Numbered from the stretch's first letter, positions 38,535-53,747 are shown. The stretch is DNA of 64,000 nt from Octopus bimaculoides (GCF_001194135.2 NC_068990.1:2728835-2792834); one strand, 5' to 3'. Notes: generated by a model not told the origin, from the letters alone. Program-made: numbers and translations.

Positions 38535-39299
38535 GTGCATATATATGTGTGTGTATGTATATATGCATACATACACATATACATATATATGCCTATGTGT
38601 GTGCGTATGGGTGTGCGTATGTGTGTGTGTATACATTTCTGCATAGCTAATTTTGATCATTAAGATTTAAGAGGGAATTCATTGGATGCATCGTGTTCAT
38701 TTCTTGCTACAGTATTGCATGTCGGCTCATGCACAAGACTGCGTAGTAATAACAGTACTCAACTATTTTAAGCTCCTGCAACCTGGCCTTTTGAATTCCT
38801 AAATACTACTTGTAACTAGTAAATTCCTGGCGTGTTAAGTAAATTGCAGTCAGCACTGTCTTGATTGGATCATATTGTAATATCAAATATGCTCTTAAAG
38901 CCAGCATCTTGGAAATGTTGGGCACACTTTCATTAGGTATATTATTTTACCTCTTTACTTTATCTACTCTGAAATGTGTATTATGAAAGTTGACAGCACA
39001 GCATTACCTAAAACAAATGTAACAGCAGCCTCTCCGAAATTGCAATCTACCCACATTATAGAGCATTACACGTGATGCTGTTGTGATTTAGCAGTTGTAA
39101 AGAATGTAAGTAGTGGACCACAAACAATGTGTGACACAAATCAATCTTTCAGTTATACGATGTCAAGTTGAGACATATAGTGCGTACCCAGACTGTGTGT
39201 CTTTTGAAATAAAGTTCATTCCTTGCTGCATGTGAATTGTAAACAAATTCTGATAATGAGCTGTGCGCAATAATTTGTATTTTGCAGGCTATTGTATAT

Positions 39300-41500
39300 T
39301 GTTTTGGAGAGGCTGAAGAAGTATGCTTTCTGCTTTTCTTATACTATCACTTTCGTTAATTTCTGTTAGTAAAATGTGGTACCTAAAATCGCTTTGCTTT
39401 CTATGTGACATGTATACGTCGGGAAGGATCTATAACTTCTTGTTTTTGTTTTCTGCCAGTGTATGTTCATGAGTTTGCGTACACATGCGCGCGCACGTGT
39501 TTGTACCTGCGTTGCATATGTTGTTCAATCTGTGGGTTGGTAGTCTTTGGCGAGATTCGTTGTTGCCAGTAAGAACGGATATACTTCATTGCGTTGTTAT
39601 TTGAAAGTCAACTGTTGCGCTGTCACATTTTAAATTTATTTAAAGAGAGTTCGGATAGTTGTGTGCAAGTGTCTAGATAATTAAGCGACGACGTGAGCAT
39701 TCTACAATCTGCGTATAATGCTGTTTATTTTATATGGTTGTGTGAAAGTCCTTGAATTAAAGATTGAAATGAATGCGTGGGGAAACGGATGTCGGTAGCA
39801 TTCGTGCATGAAAAGTCTGTTTCTGAAACTGCTATCCTTGTAAACTATACAAGTTTTGAGGCATGATGGTTAATTACTTGCAAGCATTTTGCATTGGATA
39901 TTAAGATGGTGTCCAGGTATTTGTGTATGTATATGGGCTAGCGAATTATCGTTTCTTATATTTTTACAGGTGTGTCTAACTTTGTCATGTATCTGTATAA
40001 TGTTAATTCATCTGAGCTATTTTGGGATTTGGAATTATCGCAATGAATCCTAACTTCAGTGCATTTAATCGTTCAGACCATAAGTGTTTCAGGTGTACGC
40101 TTGACAATTTGATAGTTTCTAAGTTGCTTGAGTTTTACATCTCTCTATTGCATTTTTATATCTTATGCAATAAGGGTATGACACTGCAAAAGCCATGAAT
40201 ATTATTTTCTTAAGAGACGCGTACATATATTTCAACTTCAGTTCGTCTTCTTTATGTGGGTTTTTGCTCTTAAATTTCGAGAAATGGTTGATAATTGTTT
40301 TTGGTTTCTTGTATTGGTCTTTATTATCCGAAGTTGTTATTGTGGCGTAAGTTATGGTTTGGTCGCCGTTACTGATGATGATGCGAATTATTTTACATAT
40401 AGTATTTTAATTTTATCGATACCGTTTATATCTGATGCAAGAAATTAATGTTTTCCCGACATTTATGGTTTATTTTCTGTTTGATGCTGAGTTTTATGTT
40501 GAGTTGTGACCTCTTCTGTTCATTATGTGTCAGTTCGTCTTAAGTGTTTATGAAGTTGACTATTCCTGGTGCTTTATTAGTGGTTACCTCTTATGTCGTA
40601 GCGTGTGATATGTTTCCTTTAGATGAATCTATAATCAGTTTGTTGACTGTATGCACAGTATTGTCTATGTTCTTTTTTTTTTGCGGTTGAATTCACAAAA
40701 CTTTTATTCTGTTTCTTTGCGGTCTTCTCTTCGGTTTACTTTGTGTAGGTTGATAAAAATTTGCTATATTTTTCATTAACGTATGAGTGCGTCGTAAAAA
40801 TAATTGACAAGTGATATGAAAGAAATACTGGATTTTTTGTCAAATGGGTGTTTTATAGTGGACGTGTTATGTACGTTTAAGAGGTGCTGTAATTATTTTC
40901 TTGAAACTTTTATTAATAGGTGTTGATTAAATTGGAAGGAAAGCGTGTCTAGTTGTACTGATATTGTGTCATCTTTATATTCTGCACGTCTGGAAAATTG
41001 AGAGCGCTGGTGGTGTTTATTAAAGAGTCAATTTCCTGCACTTGGAGGGGTGTAGCATGGTGGAAAATTATTCACATCGGTGTTAGACATGCACGTGTTT
41101 ATTATCTTGATGTGCTTAAATTTGATACTTAGTATTTCTCATTTTAAAAATCTATATCTCTGCAGCAGTGGCCTTCGCTATTAGATTCCAAATGATATTT
41201 TTATGTAAGATATAAAGACGCTCACATGCCCAAAGACATGGCTATTCAGATTTTTCTACTAATTCTTAGTTGCCGGTGTTTTGTGCAGTGGTAGTGTGAA
41301 TGTTTTCTGAATTATTAGAGCAACAATATTGTACATATAAAAGGTAGGGTTGTTTGTTACATGCATAACAATCTATTAAATATCTCATTTTCAAAAGTAT
41401 TTGTACGGGACCGTGGGGGTAGGAAAGTGGGGTAATGGCATTGCCTATTTTTATCGATGTTTTTGCTTATTTGTCTGGATCATTAGAATATGTTATGTAT
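39300..41500 (-). mobile_element. Possible very old non-LTR retrotransposon (RT traces)
   Basis: Sustained T/G-rich plus strand (A/C-rich minus strand). The minus strand has LFNKH followed by EYKDDT (about 40965-40985), resembling RT LFNxY...YADDT. The motif match is weak. Confidence 0.3.
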
Positions 41501-44500
41501 TGTAGGGCACTTTATATTTAGTGTTTCTGATGTTATCCGAAATTTTGTCACTTGCTATCAATCAAGAATTTATTCTTTCAAAAAACATCAAATACCTTTT
41601 AAATCAACCACTACCGTGTTTATGCAAGAAGGATACTTATAAGATAATTTACCCCAAATTCCCTGAAAATACCAGTTGGGTCACCAGTGGACTGCCTTTC
41701 ATCATAAGACTGCGCGATTTGAATTGATCTGAGAATAATATCAACTAGTAGATTTCTATTACTGTGTTACTTAAAAACGAACTGTAAAATTAGAACTGCA
41801 AAATTTAGCTTTCATAAAACAAATAAAGTATGAATGTACTTATGACATTACGAAACACCGATAGTAATGTAACTATCAGCGACTCGCAAAGGACACACAC
41901 AGTTGACAGACCTGCTACAAATAATCACTAATCTCCACCACATCACCCCGTACATGATCAATAGTTGAACATAGGCTTTATTAAACAAGGATGACATAGG
42001 ATTAGACAAATTATAAAGCGTCTAATCAACGGAGCGCCACTTTTATATGTATTGGATTCAGTACAGTTTACAGGGGTGGAACTTCGAAACCATCAACTAT
42101 TTAACCCCTTCTTATCAAGTCCGTAGACTGCAGTTCTTCGATGACTTTTACCAGTTTTTACAGATATTACCCATTACACACCGTTGGTACTTATATCTTG
42201 TTTTGTTAGCTTCATGTCTATGGAACGAAAGCAGAAAGCGAATGTATTTTTTTAAACAGATGAATCTCTTCTGTTTATTACGTCGTTATATTTGTATAAA
42301 GTCAGGAATTATTAGAATATATAGAGAGTCGACTCAAATGCACTGCGCTTTTTCTTCTGTATCGTTGATTTCAAAACAAGCGATACCAACTTTATAATTT
42401 TTTCCTTCCTTTCAATAGGGGTGGATGTATAAAGTGCAAGTTCATGATCGTAGACTGCTTGGATTAGTGCTGGACGTGATATCTTGTTTCATATGCAGTA
42501 GGTGTTTGTGTTTAGGATACAACATGTGCAATGACAAATACACTTGCTTTTTAATTGGATAATATCTGTGTCAAAAGTAGGGGACACTTACACGCATGGA
42601 AATTGCTGATCTTCCATAAGAAAATGGTTCAAGCATGTGCTTGGAATAGGAAGATTCTAGACATTGATTCATGGTTTCATTATATATTCTATGGCCTCGG
42701 ATATATTGATACGTATGTCTCCAAAATATGACCTGACACCTTACCTAGGCGCTACTATATTGTCTGAAAATATTGAGGATTTGAACATGACGCTATCAGT
42801 GCTGGAGGTATGATTAGAAACATTGAAGCATTTCTTATGTTTCATCTGTCTACTTACATTTTATCTGTATTTTCGCAGCATCGTAAATATTACCCCATCT
42901 TCGTATTGATCATAGTTGTATTAGAGGTTCGGTATTTCTAATTACAATAAATTGTATTGACTGTATCTTTGGAAATATATAGCAGTCGTCGGTGATATAG
43001 ATGTTTTATTCGACGAAATTGATGAAGCTCTTCATCACAAAGATAAATCAATTTCTTCTTGAAAACTAAATTATCTGGTTCAAAAGTAAAGCGAATATTA
43101 TATTAATATATTTGCTGGACACTTCTCTAATATACACAACTGAATGGAAGTGAAATTCACAATCATGTAGTATATGTATACCTACTAAATATTATTTCAC
43201 TCGTTCTCTTCAGCGTATGAGAATTCATTTCAATGAACAAAACGATATATGAGCCAAATAGGATGTATTTCTTTTTCGAGTGTGTTTTAGAAGAGATAAA
43301 GGTAAAGAAGGAAAATAGTAAATATGACAAAAATAATGAATAGTTACTACTAAGAACTATCTTCGATTTCTGTATCATATAAATAGTTATAATGAATATA
43401 ACTCTTCAATACAACACGATCGATAATGTTGGTGATAGACACACAAAACCATAGTAATGCCAGAGGCCAAAGTAAAGAGGTGAACATTGTTTAAACAAGA
43501 TATATGCCATCGAGGGAAAACAATTTAACACTAAATGTGAAGTGGTGTATTCTGTGATGAAATAACAGAATGTTAAGAGGAGGAAACACCACAACTAGAT
43601 ATCATGATATATTGTCTATTTTCTGTATACTTTATTTTGCTTGCCTTGTTAATCCTTTGGTAATGATAATACATTTATCGGTTCATCTATATCAGACAAA
43701 CTAAAATCTATTGCATTTTCAAATGGGTGCATACGAGAAATTAAAACAGAGAAATTGAGAGAGTGAGTAATAAAGTGAGAGTTTGTCTTTTGTTTTTAAG
43801 ATTTACTTCAACAGTTATAAAAGGTTGTATCTGTAGCTTTGTATTAATTTACAGTTACATATATTTTATTTGATTCGAACTAACGAATATCTCAAAGACT
43901 GTGTTAAGCTCAAGAGATTTCTACTTAATCGAATCATTGAGCTGAAAACAGAAAAGTTTGTGCCCCGTTACTGGCGCTGAATATGTACTGACAAAAATGG
44001 TTTAACACTCAACAGTGAAAATAGTTTTCTATAAACATGAAGGTGAAAGAGTATTTTTCCCAACGGAAATCAAGGCAGACAGTGCTCAAAGTACATCATC
44101 ATTTGTTCGTAGCGCAGAGTTTCAATTCACATACTCCAGATACCAAACTACTTCACTGTACCCATTATAAAATCTGATTCGAGTTACAGGATCACGAAGA
44201 GAAAGCTCATCCGGTTTTTCAAGGTATTTAGATGTCACTCTATCACAAAGCAACTTGAAAAGGAATCCCTTCTCAAAGGTACCTCATGCTGTCCGCCTCG
44301 ATAATCTAGCCCACGACCTAACCTAACGACGCGCATTCAACCCTGTGTCAACTAAGTCTTTATATATCACCATTCTTACTGATTCCATAAAGACAAGTAT
44401 TTTACTGGGGATAACTGCTCTTGGCCTCTACCAAACGTAAATTCCATCAAAATGTAACAGGTCGTTTCTATGTTTTCATTGATACTTTCAGATGAAGCAC

Positions 44501-45446
44501 TATTCGTTTTGACTGCCCATACTAACCAACATCATTGATAAGGTGAGAGCTGTGTTTCATTTGGCAGTAATTTGCTACCCCGTTAAATTGTCAGTTGCCA
44601 CTCCCATAAACTGTTAATATAAAGACTTGAATGCTATGGTGATAGTATACTCTCAGAACTGGTTGTACCCTACGTAAACATATACAAATTTGAACCTATG
44701 TAGTCACCTTCTTGTTTAACTTATCAAAAACCTTGGTGTTTCAAGTAGTTTAAAACGAACCAACTAGGGAGCCCCTAGATATTCTATTAGAAATAGCTGC
44801 CAACCAAATATCGCACTCTCTTACAAATTAGTCGCGTATTAGACAAAAGGCAGGATAATCATGACTGGGACATGTTTATTTATAGGTCTGCTCAATGCAG
44901 ATTGATCTAAGCATTAGCAAATAGCGTCTCGTTATCTATATCTCTGTAAAACGAAAGGACACATTAAACAGTGTAATTCTCAACAAAGAATTAGAAGAGA
45001 TGGCTACAAATGGCGCGCCTATAGTCTACTTAGTTCTGGATATCCAATGCAAATCACATTTTTTTCTGGATACATTGCAGTATTAATAGCAGGTTGTTGA
45101 ACTTAACGTAAAGCTTGAACTCGCTCCAGTGACTTACATACAAATATGCTGTTAATATAAACTACTCTCACATGTAATTTCCTTCATCTATGCAAACACC
45201 ACTTACTATAAATTTACTGGAAAACTAGATGAAATATGTGATGAAGCAAAGGCTAATACAGTTTAGTAGTAACTGGTGTTTTATATCAGCCATGTAATGA
45301 AACGATATACATTGTATTTGTAAATACAATCTAAACGGAGAAAATTTGCAAAGTTCCATTGTAAACAAAAAGACATGGGTCTAGTAAAAATGATGTGCTC
45401 AGCACTTGTTTGTTTAGATTAGCTGCATTTTACCAAATAAAAAAAG

Positions 45447-45455
45447 TTAACCACC

Positions 45456-45538
<83 letters not shown>

Positions 45539-45585
45539 TAATAACAACATCAACAACAATAATAACAACAACAACAACAATAATG

Positions 45586-45643
<58 letters not shown>

Positions 45644-45652
45644 TAATAATAA
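45447..45652. repeat. Compound trinucleotide microsatellite (CAC)(TAC)(TAA)(CAA)(TAA)
   Basis: Direct inspection. Confidence 0.95.
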
Positions 45653-46784
45653 CTCTTCGTATAGAATTCAAAGAAAGTACGTTTGCGAAGTTACGTTACC
45701 TGCTAGAAATAACAGATATGTCTTTCTCAGAAAAGAGTCATAAAAATAGAAGATATGACTTGTATTTGATGGAGTGTATGTTAAAAAGAAAACAAGCGAG
45801 AAAAAACTAAACAAGAGGATCATAATTTAAACACTTTTCACCATGAGTTTGCTGAGGCTGGGCTGACCCGGAGCTACACAACACCTAATAGCATTTTTGA
45901 CAGCGTTTCATTGTTTTTGATGTAAACATTATGCAATTTACTTTTCAGGAATATATTACTTTCTGATATTATATTTTTCTCAGTCATTTAGATAAAGGTG
46001 TTTAATGGCTGTTTTCATTATTGTTGCTTTAGATGTTGTATTTGCTTTCGACGCTTATTCTGAAGTGAATATATTGCTTGTTACTTTTTAAAACCAGTTA
46101 TCTTGCTGTTAGCTATTTGCTGCTGTCACCGGTGCACTCTGCTAATAGCCGAGAACAAACGACTGGACGTGATTGTTATGAGCAAATAAAAGTCGTAAGA
46201 AGTTTTCTGTAGGTGAACCTAACGAAGGTTGTTTATCTTTATTCTCAAAGCGAATATTCACTTATGTCTTTGGAGACATGTTTTCGGCACATTATCCTTT
46301 TTAGCAGTGAAGGAATAGCTACATGTAATAACTGTATACAATAAAAATTAAAAAAAAAATCGAACATATTACAAAACATACAATCATACTCACGCATATA
46401 TGTACCTCTGCATTATCATATATCTCAGAAAACACACGAACGTATATCGATATATGTATCCGCGAGCGCGTATGTCTGTCTCTGTAGTTGTATGTGTATA
46501 AAAGAAGTAAACAATTTGCTCGCCTGACCTATTGCACATACACCCCAGAACACATAAATACATAAGTCGCTATAGGTGTCCGCGAGCGCGTATTTTTGTG
46601 TATTTGTATGTGTATAAAAGAAGTAAATAATTTCTCAATGGTTCAAATATGGCAGTTCAGTTATTTGCTCACCTGACCTAACCATTCGTTTTATTGACCT
46701 GTAATGAATGAAAATTCCACAAACACATGTCTCCCTAAAGTAATTTACACATTAATCCACCATGATCATGGACAACTTTTAGCT

Positions 46785-46975
46785 ATTAACTTGTTTTCAG
46801 ACTGCAACCATGCTGGGGCATCACCTTGAAGAAATTTTAGTCGAATGAGTCGACCCCCGCAGTTATTTTCTTTTAGAAAACGTGCGTCTTATATGGATCA
46901 GTTTGGGAGAACCGCTGTTACGGAGATATAAGCTCATCAACACCGGTTGTCAAGCAATGTGTGTGTATGTGCATA
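46785..46975 (-). mobile_element. SINE family A, degenerate 3' half
   Basis: ttttcagactgcaaccatgctggggcatcacc...gtcgaccccc...caacaccggttgtcaagc. Confidence 0.7.
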
Positions 46976-47888
46976 CATAACTAAAATGATAAAAAAAAAA
47001 GATGCATAGAAAGATCATCTGATTGTTAGAAGAGCGCGCTCTTGCAACGTGATTGTGAGAATAAAGAAAGGGAAACGGAAGAAATTAGCTGAAGAAGGAC
47101 TAATAGATGAACAAGAGAGGATATGGAAATGCACTGCATTGAAAATTCATTTACTGTTGATTCTGAAATTTCAAATAAGTAGATTCGTAAAACAATCAAG
47201 TAAACAGATTCACTTCGTGTTCAACTATCATACCTTCAAACCATAGGATCTGGATATACATATAGTTAGTATTGGCTATAAAACCTAACCTTCTCAAAAC
47301 ATAGTTAGAAACGAATTTATGCTATTCAATTTCGAAATAACCAAAATGTTAATTGTATTTAACAAAGTATCCTATTAAACAGTTAAATTTCTTAGTCATA
47401 GTGGCATATATATTAACAATATCCCAAGCTAGCTTATTAAATTTTAGAATTGAAATTAAATTTTGTATTCGTACTTAGCAAATTTGAGGAAGTATTTTAT
47501 TATAAAATATAACACAAACATATTCTAACTTGGAATATTTTAGAATAAGCCAAAATAACACATCCAGACCGAAAACTTGTAAATCACAACTACTATTTTG
47601 GTTATTCATAGTTTTAAATTAAATTGAATATATTAGAGTTCGACGAATATAGTTCGAGCATATAAAATACGCTCCTTCAAAAATTATATTGAAGCACATT
47701 CTGTATATGGTTTCATTGCTATTCACGAACTTGCTCTCTTACTTTATATTTTACTTGTTATATCACTTGAGAATGCATAACTTTATACATGGGCAACGTA
47801 TTTCGTGGTTCAGAAGAATCGTTAATCGTTATGAATCCGCACACTAATCAGCATCAACGATAACATACAAGGTGCGTTTTATTTGGCA

Positions 47889-48048
47889 GTAATCTATCTA
47901 TCTATCTATCCATCTATCTATATATCTATCTATCTATCTATCTATCAATCTATCTATCTATCTATCTATCTATCTGTGTGTCTGTCTGTGTGTCTGTCTG
48001 TGTGTCTGTCTGTGTGCCTGTCTGTTTGTCTGTTTGTCTGCCTGCCTA

Positions 48049-48109
<61 letters not shown>

Positions 48110-48119
48110 CTATCTATCT
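47889..48119. repeat. (TATC)n/(TGTC)n compound tetranucleotide microsatellite
   Basis: Direct inspection. Confidence 0.95.
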
Positions 48120-48739
48120 NNNNNNNNNNNNNNNNNNNNNNNNNNNNNNNNNNNNNNNNNNNNNNNNNNNNNNNNNNNNNNNNNNNNNNNNNNNNNNNNN
48201 NNNNNNNNNNNNNNNNNNNNNNNNNNNNNNNNNNNNNNNNNNNNNNNNNNNNNNNNNNNNNNNNNNNNNNNNNNNNNNNNNNNNNNNNNNNNNNNNNNNN
48301 NNNNNNNNNNNNNNNNNNNNNNNNNNNNNNNNNNNNNNNNNNNNNNNNNNNNNNNNNNNNNNNNNNNNNNNNNNNNNNNNNNNNNNNNNNNNNNNNNNAT
48401 ATATATATATATATATATATATGTATGGATATATGTATGTGTGTATATGTATGTATGTATTTGTATATATGTCGGGTCAGTTGTGAGATGTTTCACGAAT
48501 GCTCTTGTTAACATGGAATTCAGTACAATGATGCACGGTCGGGTCGTCAGAGACTAGACGTGTCACCTCCATCTGGTTATTCGAATGACGATGGTCTCTA
48601 GTATCCCAGATGAATTAAGACGATATGTCAAAAGGACGGATGAACTCAGCGATCTTGATGTTAGTTACTTTAGTAACAGTAATGAGATAACCTGAGGATA
48701 TCTCGTGTGTTCATAAAGATATTGTTATCCTTTTAATTT

Positions 48740-49380
48740 AGCTAACAAGACCTTGATAAAATGTATTTCTCTTGACTTCCGGAACTTTGGGTCATACTTT
48801 GGGCATTTGTAAAAGGAAAAGATCTAGAATATTGATGTTTACGCTGCGGAATCTTGCCTCATGTTTTGTATGGATTCTTGCATGTTTACAAAAGGAATTC
48901 CTGCTTTTACTAATATAATTTTCTTTGCATTTGGGGCAAGTTATGCAGTGTACTAGATCCTCTGTCTTGCAGTTCATATCTGTATTTACTAAGAAGGGGA
49001 ATGCACTTTCAAATTTTATGTGGTAACCAGAGTCCAAATATTTGAAGTTGTTATTAATACATGTTCCACATATATTTTCACTACAGTCCTGAATTATCAT
49101 CTGACGTGAATTTTCGGCACGTGAGATATTTTAGATAGTTTTTCTTTGGTTGACATACGCTGTTTTGTGTACGGTTTTAATCAACCAGATCTTTCATGTT
49201 GGGGATGTGTAAGGTTACGGGTAAGTTTGCGTGCACAGTGTGGAAAATTTTCGTCACTCCTGCATGAAATAGCATTCTCTTTAATATTTTTCTTCGATGT
49301 CTACCAATGTATGATGCCCAGTTTCATTGCCTTTATAATTCCATCACATTAATTTTAAGAGGTAATTCTGTTTCTTTAGA
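48740..49380 (-). mobile_element. Penelope-like element remnant, GIY-YIG endonuclease domain
   Basis: Minus ORF CSENICGTC...NCKTEDLVHCITCPKCKENYISKSRNSFCKHARIH matches the PLE pattern CxxxxCxTC...CxSxNVIYxIxCxxCxxxYIGxT...RxxxH. It continues in a shifted frame as FPFYKC..DPKFRKSREIHFIK. Confidence 0.8.
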
Positions 49381-49399
49381 AAACCTTTGCTGAAGGGAC

Positions 49400-49795
49400 C
49401 TGGTTGCCAAATTTGTTGGGATGCATCAGCTACTGTTTGGAGCGAATTCCCTCACTGCGACTGCACACTTGAGATGGCCTTGTCTATCTTGTCAATAATT
49501 ATGCCACAAACCCCTATTCCACACAAGATGGCAAAGTTCAGTTTCACGATCAGCTGTCAAGGAGAATACAGTCGAACACAACTGAATAACAGCTGATGCT
49601 ACTTGGTGGCTTCAATACCAGACTGGAAACCGATTACGACTCCTGGATAGGATGTGTAGGACGGTACAATGTCAATGACATGAATTAAAATAATCAATGA
49701 CTGCTTGAGGTCTGTACGTTCCACGGAACATGTGTCAGAAACACGTACTTCCAAGCCGAAGCTCAACACAGAGTTTCTTGATGTCATCGTTGCTC
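49400..49795 (+). mobile_element. RTE-clade LINE fragment, APE endonuclease domain
   Basis: RIPSLRLHT*DGLVYLVNNYA...LMLLGGFNTRLETDYDSWIGCVGRYNVNDMN*NNQ*LLEVC...RNTYFQ..QHRVS* matches the APE motif LGDFNARVG...N.NG..LL..C....NT.F..K..HKVSW. Confidence 0.85.
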
Positions 49796-52700
49796 AGGGC
49801 ATTGGTTCTAGCTATATTTGCTCCTCACAAGATGTGTATGTATATATGTGTGTGTATGTATGTACGCATGTATATATGTATGTATATAAATATATATANN
49901 NNNNNNNNNNNNNNNNNNNNNNNNNNNNNNNNNNNNNNNNNNNNNNNNNTATATATATATATGTATGTATGTATAGAAATATATACATATGCATGAATGC
50001 ATATATGTATATACATGCGCGTGTCGGTGTGTGTTTGCATGTAGCTATTCGAATGCACATTTGTATTCTGCTTTTACACGCTTACAGTTACAAATAGAGG
50101 TAAGTAGTAATTCCCTGCGATGCTCCTCAGAGATTTCTCTTCTATGCAATGGCTTATAAGTAATGAGATACTTTTGGATTCATAATTTCCTACGTAGGTT
50201 GAATTTCAAAGTACGTCAGTTCATAATACGCACACGAATGTTATCTATAATACTTGTCAGAATACATGAAATAGATTATATATAGGATAACGTCTACATG
50301 ATATGAAAGATAAAGGTATTGCCGTTAGAAATAATCTTACACAGGTTACTGACCGCTCTTACACAGAAGACAAACAACGAAAATATCATTTCCTGAAGAT
50401 ATACATCGCTTACATAATTTCACAATCTATCCTGTCATCATATCATATGCATCGCACTCTCTATTTGCTTCAGAAGAAAATGATATTTGATAGAAGCAGA
50501 CAGAGTTATAAATATCTTTTAAAAGGCGAGATAATATTACAGTACATTTGAAATTCGTATTACCGTATGACTCAAATGTAATGACCATTTATAAATAAAA
50601 TTTACGAAGTGTTTATGGGATATTTTATCGAAGTAAAAGTAGTAGTACAACGAAAGAAATGGAGAGCAGCGGATGTAATGCTAATGAATTTCTTTATTTC
50701 AATTTATGTTGTGAGTTATATGAATAGAAAATCGGCTCGGCTACTGATATCATTATAAAACCTGAGGGTCACAAACTAAGTACCAGGAATGGATGAGTCT
50801 TGATTGAAGCGAATATGAAATTTCTGCAAATGTGTATGGGGTGATGACAACATTACATATAAAATATTCTCAAAGAAAACCACGTTCTCAATATACATGT
50901 GCCTCTATCCACTCATTTAAACTTATATTATACATGTAAACATATCTATATGTGTTTGTGTATAATATTTACATATAGAAAGAAACAAACAAACAAAGAA
51001 GGAAGGAAGGAAGGAAGGAAGGATACAGATGGGTTAAGATCCACTACAGCTATTTCGCACTGTGATATTTCAGCAACAAATGAGAAATGTTAGACAGTCC
51101 ACATTTCCAATCTTGATATTTGTTTTCAGAACCACATTCTAAATTATAATTCCCCTGGAGAAAACGTTTTTTCTTTTCTTTTCATGATGTAATTGAATTA
51201 TTCATCAATAAAGAACGCGTCTAAAACATCTCTGGTGAACCATTGTTTTTAAATGCAAACATCAGTTTTGGAAGCATTTTTTCGTATTTATGCTCTTTTT
51301 ATTTGACTTTCATCAGTAGGATAGCGGACCATTGTAATGGTACATACCTTTTATTTTCTGTTCCAAAGAACGATAGGGTTAAATTTGGCAAACATTTTGA
51401 TCCGAATATTCCACCAATATTTCTTGTATTGATATTTATAGATGCATTCCATAACAGTGTTATTCTCTATATTTATCCAAGGACAGTAGAACTTTGATGG
51501 CATTATTGTGTAGCCGCTGATGTGATCAGCAGAAATAGAACATATGACATAATCGATATTCTCAGTTACGAATTGGAACCCCCAAATGATGCACTAACAC
51601 TTATAATTTATAGCACTCCATTGTTCTCGTAACGGAGTGCAAAGCCATTGCCTTAGAAATGTAATGTAATGTAGCGGTTCCAAGTACAAAACAGTCGGAC
51701 TACATTTACTTTACAGAACAATCATGTATCTCAAATGTATCAAATGTTTGCTGAAAAATCTTTAAATCATATTTTCTTGTAAGGGAAGTGTTACGACTGC
51801 CATAATTTTCTAACTTTGGTCTAATTTCTTGGGTCACGCTATATTTATTTACTGTAATCTATTTATTTACAGAATGACTATTGTTGCACAAGTTTGCAGT
51901 TTTCAGTTTACGGTTTAAATATCCACCTTCAACAATCAGATACGAATTTCTGTTTTGGTCAAGTTACATACCTATATTAGCGAAAAGTGCTGATATTAAC
52001 TCCAGCTGATTTAAGCATTGTAAAGAGTTTTAGTGTAGAAATTAATGATACGCATGAAGGACGCTTTTGAATATCTAGCTGCTGCAAATGCTAGCATAGA
52101 GCTATGTTGTAACAGATTTTCATAACAGATTTAATGCCAAAAATGGACATTAATACCGAAAGAATATCTTCTTGGAATATACTCTTCGTAACTGTACTGA
52201 CATTAGAGGCGATCGTTTCGTTCTCAGTTGTATGTTGATTGGTAGCCATATATTTGCGAGCCTCTCTATCATGGAAAGGTCACCTTAATTTCTTTATCAC
52301 AAATTATTCAGCATATCCTTCACTTCCTTCTTTCCACGTGCCTGCTCATAAGTGACGTGTTATGTGGTTCACAATGAAGCTGAAGGACTTCGTTGAAGCA
52401 GCATGTATAAAGCATGTATATAACGTTTAGGCAAGCAATGGGTACATAGTTTTCTGCTAACTGGATGATTTCCTATTCGAATACAAAATTTGTCCGTGTA
52501 ATAGCAAGTAAATTAGATGTCAATCTGACCTTCCGTATGTTTTTGTGTGTACGCATCAATGGCTCTCTGTAGAAAGTCAAAACCTTTTATTTATGTCCAA
52601 CTATTGGGTCACTTCCATGTGCATTCCCACTAGGCAGTTTCCATGTCGATACTGCATGTTTTATGGTTAATGTTAGTAGAGTATTCTTTGATCATTTAAT

Positions 52701-53605
52701 TTTGCCATGATATATCCAGGTTGAAACGCTCTTTTCGTTTCAGATCTTAAGCCATGATGATTCAAAATCGTCTTGAAAAGGAGATTCTTTAACATGTACT
52801 GTTGTCATACCTCTTATGCTTGTGGACTGAGTGAAAACCTATAATTTATACTGAGTTACTCGAAATATTTTGTACGAAAACGATTTGTTTCTTTTCCAAC
52901 GTTCTGATTTGTTGCTTTAAAGAAATTTGCTTTCCCCACGAAACTTGGCAGGAAGAGTCACCGTCAAGTTTGTTATTTCTTTGCATACAATTAATTTTTT
53001 AACGTGTCTGCTCATTATTCTCTTTACGTTATATTATCGTGGTTAACATCCAATATGGAGCACATATTTTTATGCTTTATTTGAGTTTTGTTTTTTATCT
53101 AGACTACATCCGTTTAGTGTTTCCTTTGCCCTTGTACTGTAAGATTTTCATATATATTTCTTGTGCTGTATCAGCTCATTATAGGAAGATAACAATCATT
53201 CAAGAATGAAAATCCCATGATTCCACGTGTTCTCCAGCAATATCATAGATAATGTTAACCCTGAAATTAGTAGCTTATTGTTTAATAGCGTAATGAATGA
53301 CCTGTCATTCATTGACAGTATAGTAAAAGTGGAAAGATTTTTATGAACTTTGGTTTCAATTTCATTTCTAAATTCAATATATTTCACAGTCGTCTTTCTC
53401 GAACAGGTAACGATAAATGAATTTCGTGATACCGACAGAGATTTATTTACATTATTTTCGCCTTGTGCGGGGTTTAGCCTGTTCTCATTGTTCTGACGTA
53501 ATTAGGACAATGTATATTTACGATGACACCGAACTTGAAATTCAACGTGTGTGAGAGACTATGAATGTTTTGATATTACAGTTGACATTATGTATAAGAT
53601 CCTAT

Positions 53606-53747
<142 letters not shown>

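Noticed and set aside
48470-48560. Fourth hammerhead (minus CTGACGA...GAAAC) downstream of the Penelope remnant
   Set aside because: I could not form stem I or a convincing stem II.
52100-52900. Possible RTE reverse-transcriptase traces on the minus strand (YAE.., DL..KRAF-like)
   Set aside because: Motif matches are too weak to call without a profile search.
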